A program made the position numbers and the translations under genes. This document shows, piece after piece, positions 51,407 through 61,752 of a DNA stretch of 64,000 nt. The notes beneath the pieces were generated by a model that did no database searches, was not told where the DNA came from, and worked only from the letters and a program-made list of their open reading frames with translations. The stretch covers positions 32,001 to 96,000 of the forward strand of contig CAVXJS010000011.1 of NCBI GenBank assembly GCA_963762145.1, given 5' to 3'. Numbering within the stretch: the first letter of the stretch is position 1; every line of letters starts with the position of its first letter. Source of the DNA: an uncultured Candidatus Rokubacteria bacterium (GTDB lineage: Bacteria; Methylomirabilota; Methylomirabilia; Rokubacteriales; CSP1-6).

Positions 51407-52194
51407 GCCGCCACGGCCAGGGCGGCGGGCCCGCGGGGCCGGGCGCCCCCGAGCCTGCGTTCGCGGAGCAGGCACGCACGCTGGTGCACCTGGGGCGCGC
51501 CGGCACCCTCGGCACCCTCTCCCGGCGTCACCCGGGCCACCCGTTCGTCTCGGTCATGCCCTACGCGCCGGACGAGCGGGGCCGGCCGCTGCTGCTCATC
51601 AGCACGCTCGCGATGCACACCCAGAACCTGGCCGCCGATCCGCGCGCGAGCCTGCTCGTGGCCCAGCCCGGCGACGACCCGCTCGCGCTCGCCCGCCTCA
51701 CCCTCATGGGCACTGCGAGCCGCGTGGCGCCTGGCGAGCGGCCCGTGGCGCGTGACGCATACCTCGTCCGCCACCCGAACGCGATCCACTGGGTGGACTT
51801 CGACGACTTCGCCTTCTGGCGCCTCGACCTGACCGACGTCTACTTCGTGGGCGGCTTTGGCGCGATGGACTGGCTCACCGTCCCCGGCTACGAGGCGGCC
51901 CGCCCCGATCCGCTGGCCGACGCGGCCCCCGGGATCATCGAGCACATGAACCGTGACCACGCCGACGCCCTCGTTCTGTACGCTCGCGTTCTCGGCAACC
52001 TCGCCCTGGAGGCGGCCGGGATAGTCGCGGCCGAGATGGTCGCGGTGGACCGCCTCGGCTTCAAGCTGCGCGTCCGCGCGGCGGGCGGCCTGCACGGGTG
52101 CCGGATCGGCTTTCCGCGCGAGGTCACCAGCGCCGAGCAGTGCCGGGCGGCGCTGATCGAGATGCTCGCCGACTTGCGCAGCCGCCCGCGGTGA
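51403..52194 (+). CDS. HugZ/PNPOx-like protein with C-terminal DUF2470 domain
   Basis: GHPFVS, LISTLAMHTQNL..DPRASLL, FDDF, VGGFG and IIEHMNRDH; ATGA overlap with the cyclase. Confidence 0.85.
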   Translation: MSRHGQGGGPAGPGAPEPAFAEQARTLVHLGRAGTLGTLSRRHPGHPFVSVMPYAPDERGRPLLLISTLAMHTQNLAADPRASLLVAQPGDDPLALARLTLMGTASRVAPGERPVARDAYLVRHPNAIHWVDFDDFAFWRLDLTDVYFVGGFGAMDWLTVPGYEAARPDPLADAAPGIIEHMNRDHADALVLYARVLGNLALEAAGIVAAEMVAVDRLGFKLRVRAAGGLHGCRIGFPREVTSAEQCRAALIEMLADLRSRPR

Positions 52195-52222
52195 CGTATG
52201 TAACTCCCCAAAGGAGAGATCC

Positions 52223-53095
52223 ATGGCACGCCACATCAAGGTCGCCGCCGCGCAGATGGGCCCCAACAACGAAGGCACGAGCCGGGAGGAGATCGTCGAG
52301 CGCATGCTGGCGCTCCTCGATCAGGCCGTCCGGGAGGGCGTCGAGATCATCGCCTATCCGGAGATGGCGCTCACGACCTACTTCCCCAAGCGCGTGCGCG
52401 ACGACTTCGACCAGTTCTTCGAGACCGAGATGCCGCCCAAGGCGCTGGCCCCGTTGCTCCAGCGGGCGCGCGAGGCGCGCATCGCGTGCCACGTGGGCTT
52501 CTGCGAGAAGGACCAGGGCCGCTACTTCAACACCGCGCTCCTGACCGACGAGGCCGGTAAACTCGCAGGGACGTTCCGGAAGATTCACCTCCCGGGCGTC
52601 AAGGTCGCGGACGGCCACGCGCAGGTCTACGAGCCGCACTTCTTCGAGTCGGGCAATAGCGGCTACCGGGTCTTCGACGCCGCCCGCGCCAAGGTCGGCA
52701 TCGCGATCTGCCAGGACCGGCGCTTCCCGGAGTCGTACCGCAGCCTCGGCCTGCTCGGCGCCGAGATCGTGCTGATCGGCTACAACACGCCGCTGTCTCC
52801 GCTGGCGCTGGACCTGAACGAGCTCTGCCTGCGGGCGGGCGCCTACCAGAACAACCTCTTCGTGGTCGGCATCGCCAAGGCCGGCATCGAGGACGGCATG
52901 GAGCTGATCGGCGGCTCGTGCATCGTGAACCCGATGGGGCAGGTGGTCGCCAAGGCCGCCACCACCGGCGACGAGCTCATCGCGGCCCGGATCGACCTCG
53001 ACCAGATGATCCCGGCCCGCAAGCGCTGGGACTTCCTCGGCCGCCGCCACCCCGAGCACTACGGGCTGCTCACCCAGCCCACCCGGCGGAGCTAG
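52223..53095 (+). CDS. N-carbamoyl-D-amino-acid amidohydrolase-like (nitrilase superfamily)
   Basis: E-K-C triad: [26 protein letters not shown]; also GYNTP. Confidence 0.85.
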   Translation: MARHIKVAAAQMGPNNEGTSREEIVERMLALLDQAVREGVEIIAYPEMALTTYFPKRVRDDFDQFFETEMPPKALAPLLQRAREARIACHVGFCEKDQGRYFNTALLTDEAGKLAGTFRKIHLPGVKVADGHAQVYEPHFFESGNSGYRVFDAARAKVGIAICQDRRFPESYRSLGLLGAEIVLIGYNTPLSPLALDLNELCLRAGAYQNNLFVVGIAKAGIEDGMELIGGSCIVNPMGQVVAKAATTGDELIAARIDLDQMIPARKRWDFLGRRHPEHYGLLTQPTRRS

Positions 53096-53097
53096 CG

Positions 53098-54519
53098 GTG
53101 GCGGCCGCGAAGCTCGACCTGCTGGTGCGCGGCGGACGCGTCGTGACCCCGACCGAGGTGCTCGAGACCGCGGTGGGCGTGAGCGACGGCCGGATCGTCG
53201 CGCTCGGCGCCGAGGACGTGCTGCCTCCCGCCGGGCGCACGATCGACGCGACGGGCAAGTACGTGCTGCCCGGCCTCATCGACTGCCACGTGCACCTCGG
53301 CGCGGTCTACGACGACTGGCACACCGGGCCGGTGGCGGCCGCGCACGCCGGCCTCACGACGCTGCTCTCGTTCGTGGAGTACGACGACCAGGCGCGGGAG
53401 ACGCTGCCCCAGGCGCTCAAGCGCCTGCGCGACGAGGCGGGCTCGCAGTCGGTGATCGACTTCGGCTTCCACTTCATCCTGAACAACCAGCCGTACATCC
53501 TGGACGGGCTGGCCGAGGCCTTCGAGCAGGGCGTGACGTCCTACAAGATCTTCATGACCTACAAGCGCCGCCCGAACCGCATGTGCTCGGACGAGTACAT
53601 CGCCCAGGTCATGGAGAAGATCGCGGCGCTGGGCGGCATCTGCCAGCTCCACTGCGAGAACGGCGACATCCTGTACCACCTCGAGAACAAGTCCATCGCG
53701 GCCGGGCTGGTGAAGCCCACCGACTTCCCGGCTACCTGCCCACCGTGGACCGAGGAGGAGGCGATCAACCGCGCCATCCTCATCGGCGAGATGACCAAGT
53801 GCCCGGTCTACGTCGTGCACCTCTCGACCAAGGGAGGGCTCGAGCGAATCAAGGAAGCGCAGGCGCGCGGCCAGCGCGTGTGGACCGAGACCTGCCCGCA
53901 GTACCTGTTGCTCACCGAGAAGGAGATGGAGGCGTGGGGCCCGCTCGCCAAGATCGGGCCGCCGTTGCGGCCGGTCGGCGGCGGGGACGGCGACGCGCTC
54001 TGGGACGGCAGCCGCGAAGGCTACATCGCGACCGTCGCCAGCGACCACTCGCCCCGGCGCAAGGAGCTGAAGGAGCCGGGCTGGAAGAACATCTTCGTGG
54101 ACGGCAAGGGCAATCCGGTTCCGTTCGGCAGCCCGTCCATCGAGACGCTGGTGCCGCTCATGTGGAGCGAGGGCGTGGTGAAGCGCGGCCTTCCGGTGAC
54201 GTGGCTGGCGCGCGTGATGGCCGAGAATCCGGCGCGGATCTTCGGCCTCTACCCGAGGAAGGGCGCGATCCGCGTGGGCGCCGACGCCGATCTCACCATC
54301 ATCGACCCCGAGCCCGACGGGACCATCAAGGTGGCCGATCATCACGGGATCGCGGGCTGGACGCTCTACGAGGGCTGGAAGTCCCACGGACGGCCCTGGA
54401 TGACGGTGCTGCGCGGCCAGGTGCTGCTGAATCAGGGCCGGCTCGAGCAGAAGCCGGGCTACGGCCGGTATCTCGCGCGCACGGGGCCGGTGGCGCCCAT
54501 CGCGGGCGGCGCGGGGTAG
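53098..54519 (+). CDS. Dihydropyrimidinase / D-hydantoinase
   Basis: [37 protein letters not shown] and [13 protein letters not shown]. Confidence 0.88.
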   Translation: MAAAKLDLLVRGGRVVTPTEVLETAVGVSDGRIVALGAEDVLPPAGRTIDATGKYVLPGLIDCHVHLGAVYDDWHTGPVAAAHAGLTTLLSFVEYDDQARETLPQALKRLRDEAGSQSVIDFGFHFILNNQPYILDGLAEAFEQGVTSYKIFMTYKRRPNRMCSDEYIAQVMEKIAALGGICQLHCENGDILYHLENKSIAAGLVKPTDFPATCPPWTEEEAINRAILIGEMTKCPVYVVHLSTKGGLERIKEAQARGQRVWTETCPQYLLLTEKEMEAWGPLAKIGPPLRPVGGGDGDALWDGSREGYIATVASDHSPRRKELKEPGWKNIFVDGKGNPVPFGSPSIETLVPLMWSEGVVKRGLPVTWLARVMAENPARIFGLYPRKGAIRVGADADLTIIDPEPDGTIKVADHHGIAGWTLYEGWKSHGRPWMTVLRGQVLLNQGRLEQKPGYGRYLARTGPVAPIAGGAG

Positions 54520-54528
54520 GCGCCCGCG

Positions 54529-55872
54529 ATGACGGATTACCTCGACCGGCTCGCCGCGTTCGTCGAGGCGGTGGACGTCGAGCGGCTGACCGATGCCGCG
54601 ATGGGGGGCGCCCGGCTCGTGCTCCTCGACACGATCGGGGCGATGGTGGCGGGCAGCGCGCTGCCCGAGAACCGCCGCCTCGCGGAGGCCATGCACGAGC
54701 GGCGCTCGCGCGCGACCGCCACCCTGCTGGGCCACGGCGGCAAGGCCGACCCGCTGCTCGCGACCTTCGTGAACGCGACCGCCGGAGTGGCGCTCGAGGT
54801 GGACGAGGGGAGCCGCCTGGGCGGCGGGCACCCGGCCATCCACGTGGTCCCGGGCGCGCTCGCGATGGCGGAGGACGTCGGCGCCGACGGCGGCCGGCTG
54901 CTCGCGAGCATCATCGCCGGCTACGAGGTCTGCTCGCGCCTCGGCAGCGCCACGACGCCCCGGCCCAATGTCCACTCCCACGGCACCTGGGGCACCATCG
55001 GCACCGCGGTGGCCGCGGCCAAGCTGGCCGGCCTCGACGCGGCGGGTGTCCGATCGGTGATCAACCTGGCCGCGAGCATGAGCCCGGCCAACACCTGGAC
55101 CACCGCGCTCGAGGGCGTGACGATTCGCAACGCCTATCCGGGACGCTCCGGGCTCGAAGGTCTCCTGGCGGTGGATCTCCATCGCGCGGGGTTCACCGGC
55201 CTGACCGACGCGCCGAGCGACGTGTACGGCACGATCCTGGCCGATCGCTTCGAGCCCGCGCGGGCCCTGGATGGCCTCGGCGGTCCACTGCGGATCGAGC
55301 AGAACTACTTCAAGCTGTACGCCTGCTGCCGCTACAACCACTTCGCGCTCGACGCGCTGCTCGCGATGGCCCGGGCCGAGCGGCTCGAGCCCGCTCAGGT
55401 CGAGCGCGTGATCGTGACCACGATCCCGTTCGGGCCGCGCATGGCCGACCCCGCGCCCGCGTCCATGCTCGGCGCGAAGTTCTCGATCCCCTACGCGGTC
55501 GCGGCCGCGCTCGTGCTCGGCCGGGCCGACGTGGGCGCGTTCGAGGAGCCGGCGCTCGGCGATCCGCGCATCCGCGCCCTCGCCGCCCGGGTGGAGGTGC
55601 GGGTGGACCCGGAGATGTCGCCGCGTCGCTCGGACTATCCGACCGCGCTCGTCGAGCTCGTGCTCACGGATGGTCGCACCCTGTCCGGCTCCACGACCCT
55701 GGTGCGCGGCGACTTCGAGCGGCCCGTCCCGGCCGCCGAGGTGGTCGAGAAGTTCATCGCGCTCACCGCGGGCCCCCTGGGCGCGGATCGGTCGCGCGAG
55801 GTGGCCGCGCTCGTGGAGCGGACCGAGACGCTCAAGGACGTGCGAGACCTCACCGGGCTGCTCGCCCCGTAA
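54529..55872 (+). CDS. MmgE/PrpD family protein
   Basis: LLDTIG, LEVDEG...GHP, AGYEV, FKLYACCRYNH and AKFSIPY. Confidence 0.9.
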   Translation: MTDYLDRLAAFVEAVDVERLTDAAMGGARLVLLDTIGAMVAGSALPENRRLAEAMHERRSRATATLLGHGGKADPLLATFVNATAGVALEVDEGSRLGGGHPAIHVVPGALAMAEDVGADGGRLLASIIAGYEVCSRLGSATTPRPNVHSHGTWGTIGTAVAAAKLAGLDAAGVRSVINLAASMSPANTWTTALEGVTIRNAYPGRSGLEGLLAVDLHRAGFTGLTDAPSDVYGTILADRFEPARALDGLGGPLRIEQNYFKLYACCRYNHFALDALLAMARAERLEPAQVERVIVTTIPFGPRMADPAPASMLGAKFSIPYAVAAALVLGRADVGAFEEPALGDPRIRALAARVEVRVDPEMSPRRSDYPTALVELVLTDGRTLSGSTTLVRGDFERPVPAAEVVEKFIALTAGPLGADRSREVAALVERTETLKDVRDLTGLLAP

Positions 55873-55893
55873 CCGCGGCAATCGCGCCGGCGT

Positions 55894-56778
55894 ATGGCCA
55901 GGCCGAGCACGGATCCCGCCGCCTCCCTTCGCCACGTGCCGCCGCGGGAGTTCATCGCGGCCCGCAAGGCGCTCGCGGAGCGGCTCAGCCAAAGCGGGCG
56001 GAGTGGCGAGGCGCGCCAGGTCAGCCGCCTCCCGCGACCGAGTCCGGTGGTCTGGGCGCTCAACCAGGCGGCGCTGGGCAAGGCTCGGATGTTGACCGAC
56101 CTGGTCAATGCCGTCGACCGGCTCCGTCGGGCCCAGCTCGGACAGGGAGATCCGCGAGCCGCCACGGCCGCCTACCGGACCGTCTTCGACGCGGTGATGG
56201 AGGCGGCTCGGGGGGTGCTGCGAGAGCAGGGGATGAAGGCGTCGCCGGCGGTGGAGCGCCGGCTGCGCAGCTCATTGCTGACGGCGGTCACCGATCGCCG
56301 ACTCCGGGGAGAGCTGGCCGCGGGACGGCTGGCCGTCGAATCCGTCGAGCCGGGATTCTCGGTTCTCTCCGGGGGGCCGATCCCGGCCGAGTTTCTGAAA
56401 CCGTCGGCCACCGGCCGGCCGGCTTCTCGTCCCGCGCCGCTCGACCGGGGCGTGGCCAATCGCGGGCGCGCGCGACGGCCGGCGGCCGAGCGGCGGGCCC
56501 GGAAGCAGGCGGCGGCGGCGGCGCGCCGGGCGGCGAGGGACGCCGCGCGGGCCGCGCAGCGGGCCGCGCGGGAGGCGACCCGCGCCGTGACCGCGCTGGA
56601 CCGCGCCGCCCGCGGAAAGGAGCGCGCCGCGCAGGCCGCCGCGGCGCGCGTCGAAGCCCTGCGCACGACGCTCCGGGAGCGGGAAGCGCGGAGCGCGGCG
56701 CTGCGCACCGCCGCCGCGGCGGCGCGGGCCGACCACGCGCGGGCGGTGGCCGCGGCGCGCCGATCGGAGACTCAGTAG
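55894..56778 (+). CDS. Conserved hypothetical protein with Ala/Arg-rich coiled-coil tail
   Basis: PPREFIAARKALA...RPSPVVWALNQ...LRRAQ and AGRL...EPGF; helical tail. Confidence 0.65.
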   Translation: MARPSTDPAASLRHVPPREFIAARKALAERLSQSGRSGEARQVSRLPRPSPVVWALNQAALGKARMLTDLVNAVDRLRRAQLGQGDPRAATAAYRTVFDAVMEAARGVLREQGMKASPAVERRLRSSLLTAVTDRRLRGELAAGRLAVESVEPGFSVLSGGPIPAEFLKPSATGRPASRPAPLDRGVANRGRARRPAAERRARKQAAAAARRAARDAARAAQRAAREATRAVTALDRAARGKERAAQAAAARVEALRTTLREREARSAALRTAAAAARADHARAVAAARRSETQ

Positions 56779-57614
56779 TCCTTCGGGTCCAGCAGATCGC
56801 GCAGGCCGTCGCCCGCGAGGTTGAACGAGAGCGTGAGCGAGAAGATGGCCAGGCCCGGCCACCACGCCATCCACGGGGCCGTCTCCAGGAACTGCTGGGC
56901 GGTGGCGAGCATCGTGCCCCAGCTCGGCGTCGGCGGCTGCACGCCCAGTCCCAGGAAGGACAGGATGGCCTCGGCGATGATGGCGGCGGGGATCGACACG
57001 GTGGCCTGCACGAGCAGCGCGCTCGTGATGTTGGGCAGGACGTGGCGGAGGATCGTGCGCAGGCCGCCCGCGCCGAGGGCCCGGGCGGCCTGCACGTAGT
57101 CCTCCTCCTGGGTGGACAGCACGAGCCCGCGCGTCAGCCGGATGTAGGTCGGCGTGGCCGCCAGCCCGATCGCCACGGTGGCGTTGGTGAGCGAGGCGCC
57201 CATGATGGTCACGAGGCCGATGGCCAGGATGAGGAAGGGGAAGGCCAGCCACGCGTCGGTCAGCCGCATGATGAGCTGGTCGATCGTGCCGCGCTGGGAG
57301 CCGGCCACGAGGCCGGCGGGGACGCCGATCGAGATCGCGAGCAGGATCGAGAAGACGCCGGCCTGCATGGAGACGCGGGTGCCCCACACCACCCGCGAGA
57401 AGGTGTCGCGCCCGAGGTCGTCGGTGCCGAACGGGTTCGCCCCGGTGGGCGCCTTGCGGACCTTGCCGTAGTCGGAGCGCTGCGGGTCGGCGGTCGCGAT
57501 CCAGGGGGCGCCCACCGCGAGGACCACGAAGAAGAGCACGACCATCGCCCCCACCACCGCGGGGGGTCGCCGCCACAGCCGCCGCCAGAGGCGCCCGCGC
57601 GCGCTAGCCGCCAC
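56772..57614 (-). CDS. Peptide/nickel ABC transporter permease (DppC-like)
   Basis: FGTDDLGRD, YVQAARALGA, RHVLPN and LSFLGLG..PP.PSWG. Confidence 0.92.
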   Translation of the reverse strand: MAASARGRLWRRLWRRPPAVVGAMVVLFFVVLAVGAPWIATADPQRSDYGKVRKAPTGANPFGTDDLGRDTFSRVVWGTRVSMQAGVFSILLAISIGVPAGLVAGSQRGTIDQLIMRLTDAWLAFPFLILAIGLVTIMGASLTNATVAIGLAATPTYIRLTRGLVLSTQEEDYVQAARALGAGGLRTILRHVLPNITSALLVQATVSIPAAIIAEAILSFLGLGVQPPTPSWGTMLATAQQFLETAPWMAWWPGLAIFSLTLSFNLAGDGLRDLLDPKDY

Positions 57615-58566
57615 CGGCCGCCCCTCCGATGCGGATCCGGGGGTTCAGCAGCGAGTAGGAGAGATCCACCAGCAGGTTGATGAAGACGTAGACCGAGGCG
57701 GTGATCAGCACCACGCCCTGCACGAGCGGGTAGTCGCGGGTGAACACCGCCTCCACGATCAGCCGGCCGAAGCCGGGCACCACGAAGATCTGCTCGGTGA
57801 CGACCGCGCCTCCCATGAGGGCGCCCGTCTGCAGGCCCAGGATGGTCACGACCGGGATCAGCCCGTTGCGGAAGGCGTGGCGGAAGATGACCGCGCGGCC
57901 GGCCAGGCCCTTGCTCCACGCGGTGCGGATGTAGTCCGCGCTCAGGATCTCGATCATGCTGTTGCGCGTCTGGCGCATCAGCACCGCGGCGAGCCCGGCG
58001 CCCAGCACGAAGGCGGGCATGATCATGCGCTGGAGGTTGCCCAGGGGGCTCTCCCACAGCGACACGAAGCCGGAGGCGGGCAGCCAGTGCAGGCGCACCG
58101 AGAGGAACAGGATCAGCATGATCCCGAGCCAGAAGCTCGGCACCGAGAGACCGCAGAGCGAGACCGCGTTGGCCAGGAGGTCCCACACCGTGTTGCGGCG
58201 CGCCGCCGAGAAGACCCCGGCCGGGATGGCGATGGTCAGCGCGATCAGGAGGGACAGGCCGGCGAGCTCGATCGTGATCGGGAGCTTGCGCGCGACGGTC
58301 CACACCACGGACTCGCGTGTGCGGATGGACTCCCCGAGATCACCCCGCAGGGCCAGGCCGATCCAGCGCAGGTACTGGAGCGGGATCGGGTCGTCGAGCC
58401 CGTACTTCTGGCGGATCTCGGCGAGCCCGGCCGCGTCGGCGTCGGTGCCGCCCATGACCCGGGCCGGGTCGCCCGGAATCATCCGCACCCCGGTGAAGAC
58501 GATCAGGCTGATCACGAACAGGGTCACGATCGAGATCGCGACCCGCCGGACCAGGAATTCAGCCAC
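57604..58566 (-). CDS. Peptide/nickel ABC transporter permease (DppB-like)
   Basis: PGDPA, GDLGES, PSFWLG, DYIRTA.SKGL and TEQIFVVPGFG. Confidence 0.92.
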   Translation of the reverse strand: MAEFLVRRVAISIVTLFVISLIVFTGVRMIPGDPARVMGGTDADAAGLAEIRQKYGLDDPIPLQYLRWIGLALRGDLGESIRTRESVVWTVARKLPITIELAGLSLLIALTIAIPAGVFSAARRNTVWDLLANAVSLCGLSVPSFWLGIMLILFLSVRLHWLPASGFVSLWESPLGNLQRMIMPAFVLGAGLAAVLMRQTRNSMIEILSADYIRTAWSKGLAGRAVIFRHAFRNGLIPVVTILGLQTGALMGGAVVTEQIFVVPGFGRLIVEAVFTRDYPLVQGVVLITASVYVFINLLVDLSYSLLNPRIRIGGAAGGG

Positions 58567-58575
58567 CGAGCCGCG

Positions 58576-60129
58576 CTAGTTCCAGGACGCTCCCTTGATG
58601 CGGATCAGCCCGTCCGGCACCGCCTTGTAGCCCTTGAGGTTCTTCGGGTACGCGACGATGTAGTTCGCGTGATACAGGTAGATGATGTTGCGCCGCCCGG
58701 TCGTGATCTTCTCGATCGCGTCGCGGTAGAGCTGGACGCGCTGGCCCTGGTCGCTGACCTCGCGCGCCTTGTTCAGCAGGGAGTCGATCGTCTCGTCGCA
58801 GACGTGTGTCGTGTTCAGGCTGCCGCCGCAGGTGTGGAACTGGTGCATGTTGCCGTCCGGATCCACGCGGCCGCTCCAGCCGATGGAGAAGGCCTGGAGC
58901 TTGCCGTTGTCGTCGTCGGTGAGGGCGGAGGCGAACTCCGACGGGCGCAATGAGATGTTGAAGCCCGCCTCCCGGGCCATGCCCTGGATCACCTCGCCGA
59001 CGCGGCGCGCCTGCGGGTCGTTCACGATCGTGAGCTCGAAGCTGTAGCCGCCCGCGAGGCCCGCCGCGGCGAGGAGCTGCTTGGCCTTCGCCACGTCGCG
59101 CCCGGGACACTTGCGACCCTTGTCGTGGAAGGGGCTCACCGGGGAGATCGGCGTGCAGCCCGGCGTGTACTGGCCGTCCCACGCCACCTGGTTGAGGGCG
59201 TCGCGGTCGATGCTCAGGTCGAAGGCCTCGCGCACCCGGGGGTCGTTGGCCAGCGGCGTGCCCAGATCGCCGGCGGGCTGGGTCTTGCCGGTCTTGTTGC
59301 GCTGGTTGATGGTGATGCCGCTGTAGGCGATACCGGTGACGCTCGAGACGTCGAAGCGCCCCTCCTTCTTCAAGTTCACCGAGTCGGTGGGCGCCACCTG
59401 GTGCATGAAGTCGATGTCCCCCGACCGCAGGTTGGCCACCCGAACGTTGTCGTCGGGGATGATCCGGAACACGAGCCGGTCGAAGCGCGCCTGGCCGGGA
59501 TCGAAGTAATGGGTGGACTTCTCCAGCACGATGCGATCCTGCGGCACGCGCTCCACGAAGGACCACGGGCCCACGCACACCGGCCCGGTCGCGAACTTGT
59601 CGCCGAGCTTGTTCACCGCGGCGGGCGACACGGGCATGCCGGACCGGTCGGCGAGGGTGGCCACCAGCGGGGCGAAGGCGCTCTTGAGCCGGAGCCGCAC
59701 CGTCAGCGGGTCCACCACCTCGACCGCGGTGACCGGGTCGAGCTCGCTGCGCCGGTTGGAGCCCTTCATCTCACGGTGCCGGTCGAGGGAGAACTTGACC
59801 GCCTCCGCGTTCATCGCGGTGCCGTCGTTGAATTTCACCCCGGGGCGCAGCTTGATGGTGACCGTCTTGCCCGCGTCCGAGACGGTGGGCAGCGCGGCGG
59901 CGAGCTGAGGCGAGATGCGGAGGTTCTCGTCGATCTCGAAGAGCTTCTCGCACATGTGCGCGAAGATGATGCGGCCGACGTAGGTGCGTGACAGGGTCGG
60001 GTCCAGGAGATCGGGATCCTGGTTCAGGGCCACGACCAGCGTCTTCTTCTGGGCCGCGGCCGGGGCCGCCGAGACGAGCAGGCCGACCAGCGCGAGCATC
60101 AGCCACGAGACGATTCGCATCCTCCGCAT
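58576..60129 (-). CDS. ABC transporter substrate-binding protein, family 5
   Basis: Signal peptide; LDP, LRPGVKFNDGT, GPW and VREAFDLSIDR. Confidence 0.92.
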   Translation of the reverse strand: MRRMRIVSWLMLALVGLLVSAAPAAAQKKTLVVALNQDPDLLDPTLSRTYVGRIIFAHMCEKLFEIDENLRISPQLAAALPTVSDAGKTVTIKLRPGVKFNDGTAMNAEAVKFSLDRHREMKGSNRRSELDPVTAVEVVDPLTVRLRLKSAFAPLVATLADRSGMPVSPAAVNKLGDKFATGPVCVGPWSFVERVPQDRIVLEKSTHYFDPGQARFDRLVFRIIPDDNVRVANLRSGDIDFMHQVAPTDSVNLKKEGRFDVSSVTGIAYSGITINQRNKTGKTQPAGDLGTPLANDPRVREAFDLSIDRDALNQVAWDGQYTPGCTPISPVSPFHDKGRKCPGRDVAKAKQLLAAAGLAGGYSFELTIVNDPQARRVGEVIQGMAREAGFNISLRPSEFASALTDDDNGKLQAFSIGWSGRVDPDGNMHQFHTCGGSLNTTHVCDETIDSLLNKAREVSDQGQRVQLYRDAIEKITTGRRNIIYLYHANYIVAYPKNLKGYKAVPDGLIRIKGASWN

Positions 60130-60186
60130 AGGTTCTCCTCTCTGGGGGCTGGTACCCTGGGACGCGGAACATAGTATCCTCCCGGC

Positions 60187-60339
60187 ATGAGCGAGACCAC
60201 GAACAAGTTCCAGCAGGCCGAGCTGGCCGACCTCCTCGGCCTGATCGAGCGCCTCGCCGGCGAGCTGTCCCTGGCCGAGGAGCCCGCGCGCTTCATCGCC
60301 GCCCTCGAGCAGACGGAGCCGCCCGGAGCCGCGACCTGA
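60187..60339 (+). CDS. Small (50 aa) putative amidase partner subunit (GatC/AtzG-like); below the ORF-track cutoff
   Basis: MSETTNKFQQAELADLLGLIERLAGELSLAEEPARFIAALEQTEPPGAAT; host-like codon usage; TATCCT 6 nt before ATG; abuts the amidase. Confidence 0.6.
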   Translation: MSETTNKFQQAELADLLGLIERLAGELSLAEEPARFIAALEQTEPPGAAT

Positions 60340-61739
60340 CCGAGTTCCCGACCATCGCCGCGCTCGCCGCCGCGATCGGCGCCGGCAAGATCTCCCCGGT
60401 CGAGGCGACCCGCGAGTGCCTGGCGCGCGTCGAGCGGCTCGACGGCCGGCTGCGGGCGTTCGTCACGGTGGACGCGGAGGGGGCGCTCACGGCCGCCCGG
60501 CGCCGCGAGGCGGCGGGGCGGAGCGAGACCCGCGGCCCGCTCCACGGCGTGCCGCTGGCGTTCAAGGATCTGTGCTTCATCCGCGGGCTCCCTACCTGCT
60601 GCGGCACCCGGACCGCCGAGTATTTCACCGCCGACCAGGATTGCACCGCGGTGGCCCGGCTCGCCGGCGCGGGCGCGGTCACCCTGGGCAAGCTCAACAT
60701 GACCGAGCTGGCCATGGGGGCGCTCGGCGACAACCCGCATCACGGCCACGCCCGCAATCCGTGGAATCTCGAGCGCTGCACGGGCGGCTCGTCGAGCGGG
60801 TCGGGGGTGGCGGTGGCCGCCGGGCTCGCCCTGGGTGCGATCGGCACGGACACCGGCGGATCCATCCGGCTGCCCGCGGCCGCCTGCGGCATCACCGGGC
60901 TCAAGCCGACCTATGGCCGGGTGAGCCGCGCGGGCGGCATGACGCTGTCGTGGTCGAACGATCACCTGGGGCCGATGGCGCGCACCGCGCGGGACTGCGC
61001 GCTCATGCTGCAGGTGATGGCGGGAGCGGATCCGCTGGACGCGACCGCGAGCGCGCAGCCGGTGCCCGACTATCTCGCGGAGCTCGACGCGCCGGTCGCC
61101 GGGCTGCGGGTCGGCGTCCCCGAGAACTTCTTCTTCCAGGGGATCGACGCGGAGATGGAGGCGGGCGTGCGCGCGGCGCTCGCCACCCTCTCGTCCCTCG
61201 GGGCGCGGGTCATCCCGCTGCGCCTGCCCGATCCGCAGGTGACGAACGACGTGACGGGGATCATCTCGCGCAGCGAGTCCTCCGCGCTGCACGCGGGCCT
61301 GCTGCGGGAGAATCCGGACGCGCTGGGCGCCTTCACGCGGGCCCGCCTCGAGCTTGGCCTGCGCGTGCCCGCCTACGACTACCTGCAGGCGCTGCGCCTG
61401 CGCGCGCGCCTGGCCCGCGCGTTCGCGCGCGAGATCTGGCCCGAGGCGGACGTGCTGGCCGCGCCGGTGATCCCGGAGCCCGCGCCCCCGCTGAGCGCGG
61501 CCCTGGACGGGCCGCTCGAGGACATCATCGTGCGCCACGGGCGCTTCTCGCGGTTCACGCGCCCGTTCAACGGTCTCGGCCTGCCCGCGCTGAGTCTGCC
61601 GTGCGGCTTCTCCCGGGCCGGCCTCCCGCTCGCCTTCCAGCTCGTGGGTCGCCCGTTCGACGAGGCTACCGTCCTGCGGGTCGGCCACGCCTACCAGCAG
61701 GCGACCGCCTGGCACACGCACCGGCCGGCCCTGAGCTGA
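60336..61739 (+). CDS. Amidase-signature (GatA/AtzE-like) amidase; start codon uncertain
   Basis: GKISPVE, GPLHGVPLAFKD, GKLNMTE, GGSSSGS, GTDTGGSIRLPA and GLKPTYGRVS; homology extends upstream of the 60468 GTG to ~60336. Confidence 0.88.
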   Translation: MTEFPTIAALAAAIGAGKISPVEATRECLARVERLDGRLRAFVTVDAEGALTAARRREAAGRSETRGPLHGVPLAFKDLCFIRGLPTCCGTRTAEYFTADQDCTAVARLAGAGAVTLGKLNMTELAMGALGDNPHHGHARNPWNLERCTGGSSSGSGVAVAAGLALGAIGTDTGGSIRLPAAACGITGLKPTYGRVSRAGGMTLSWSNDHLGPMARTARDCALMLQVMAGADPLDATASAQPVPDYLAELDAPVAGLRVGVPENFFFQGIDAEMEAGVRAALATLSSLGARVIPLRLPDPQVTNDVTGIISRSESSALHAGLLRENPDALGAFTRARLELGLRVPAYDYLQALRLRARLARAFAREIWPEADVLAAPVIPEPAPPLSAALDGPLEDIIVRHGRFSRFTRPFNGLGLPALSLPCGFSRAGLPLAFQLVGRPFDEATVLRVGHAYQQATAWHTHRPALS

Positions 61740-61752
61740 CCGGACGCTGCGG

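Noticed and set aside
56460-56770. DNA tandem repeat or CRISPR-like array
   Set aside because: Low complexity comes from Ala/Arg codons; there are no regular repeat-spacer units, and no CRISPR array or cas gene was seen in the window.
46947-57680. Very long alternative ORFs (1223, 1144, 966 and 1365 aa) and other overlapping ORFs
   Set aside because: Arg/Gly/Pro/Ala-rich shadow frames of real genes, expected at this GC content; no domain motifs of their own.
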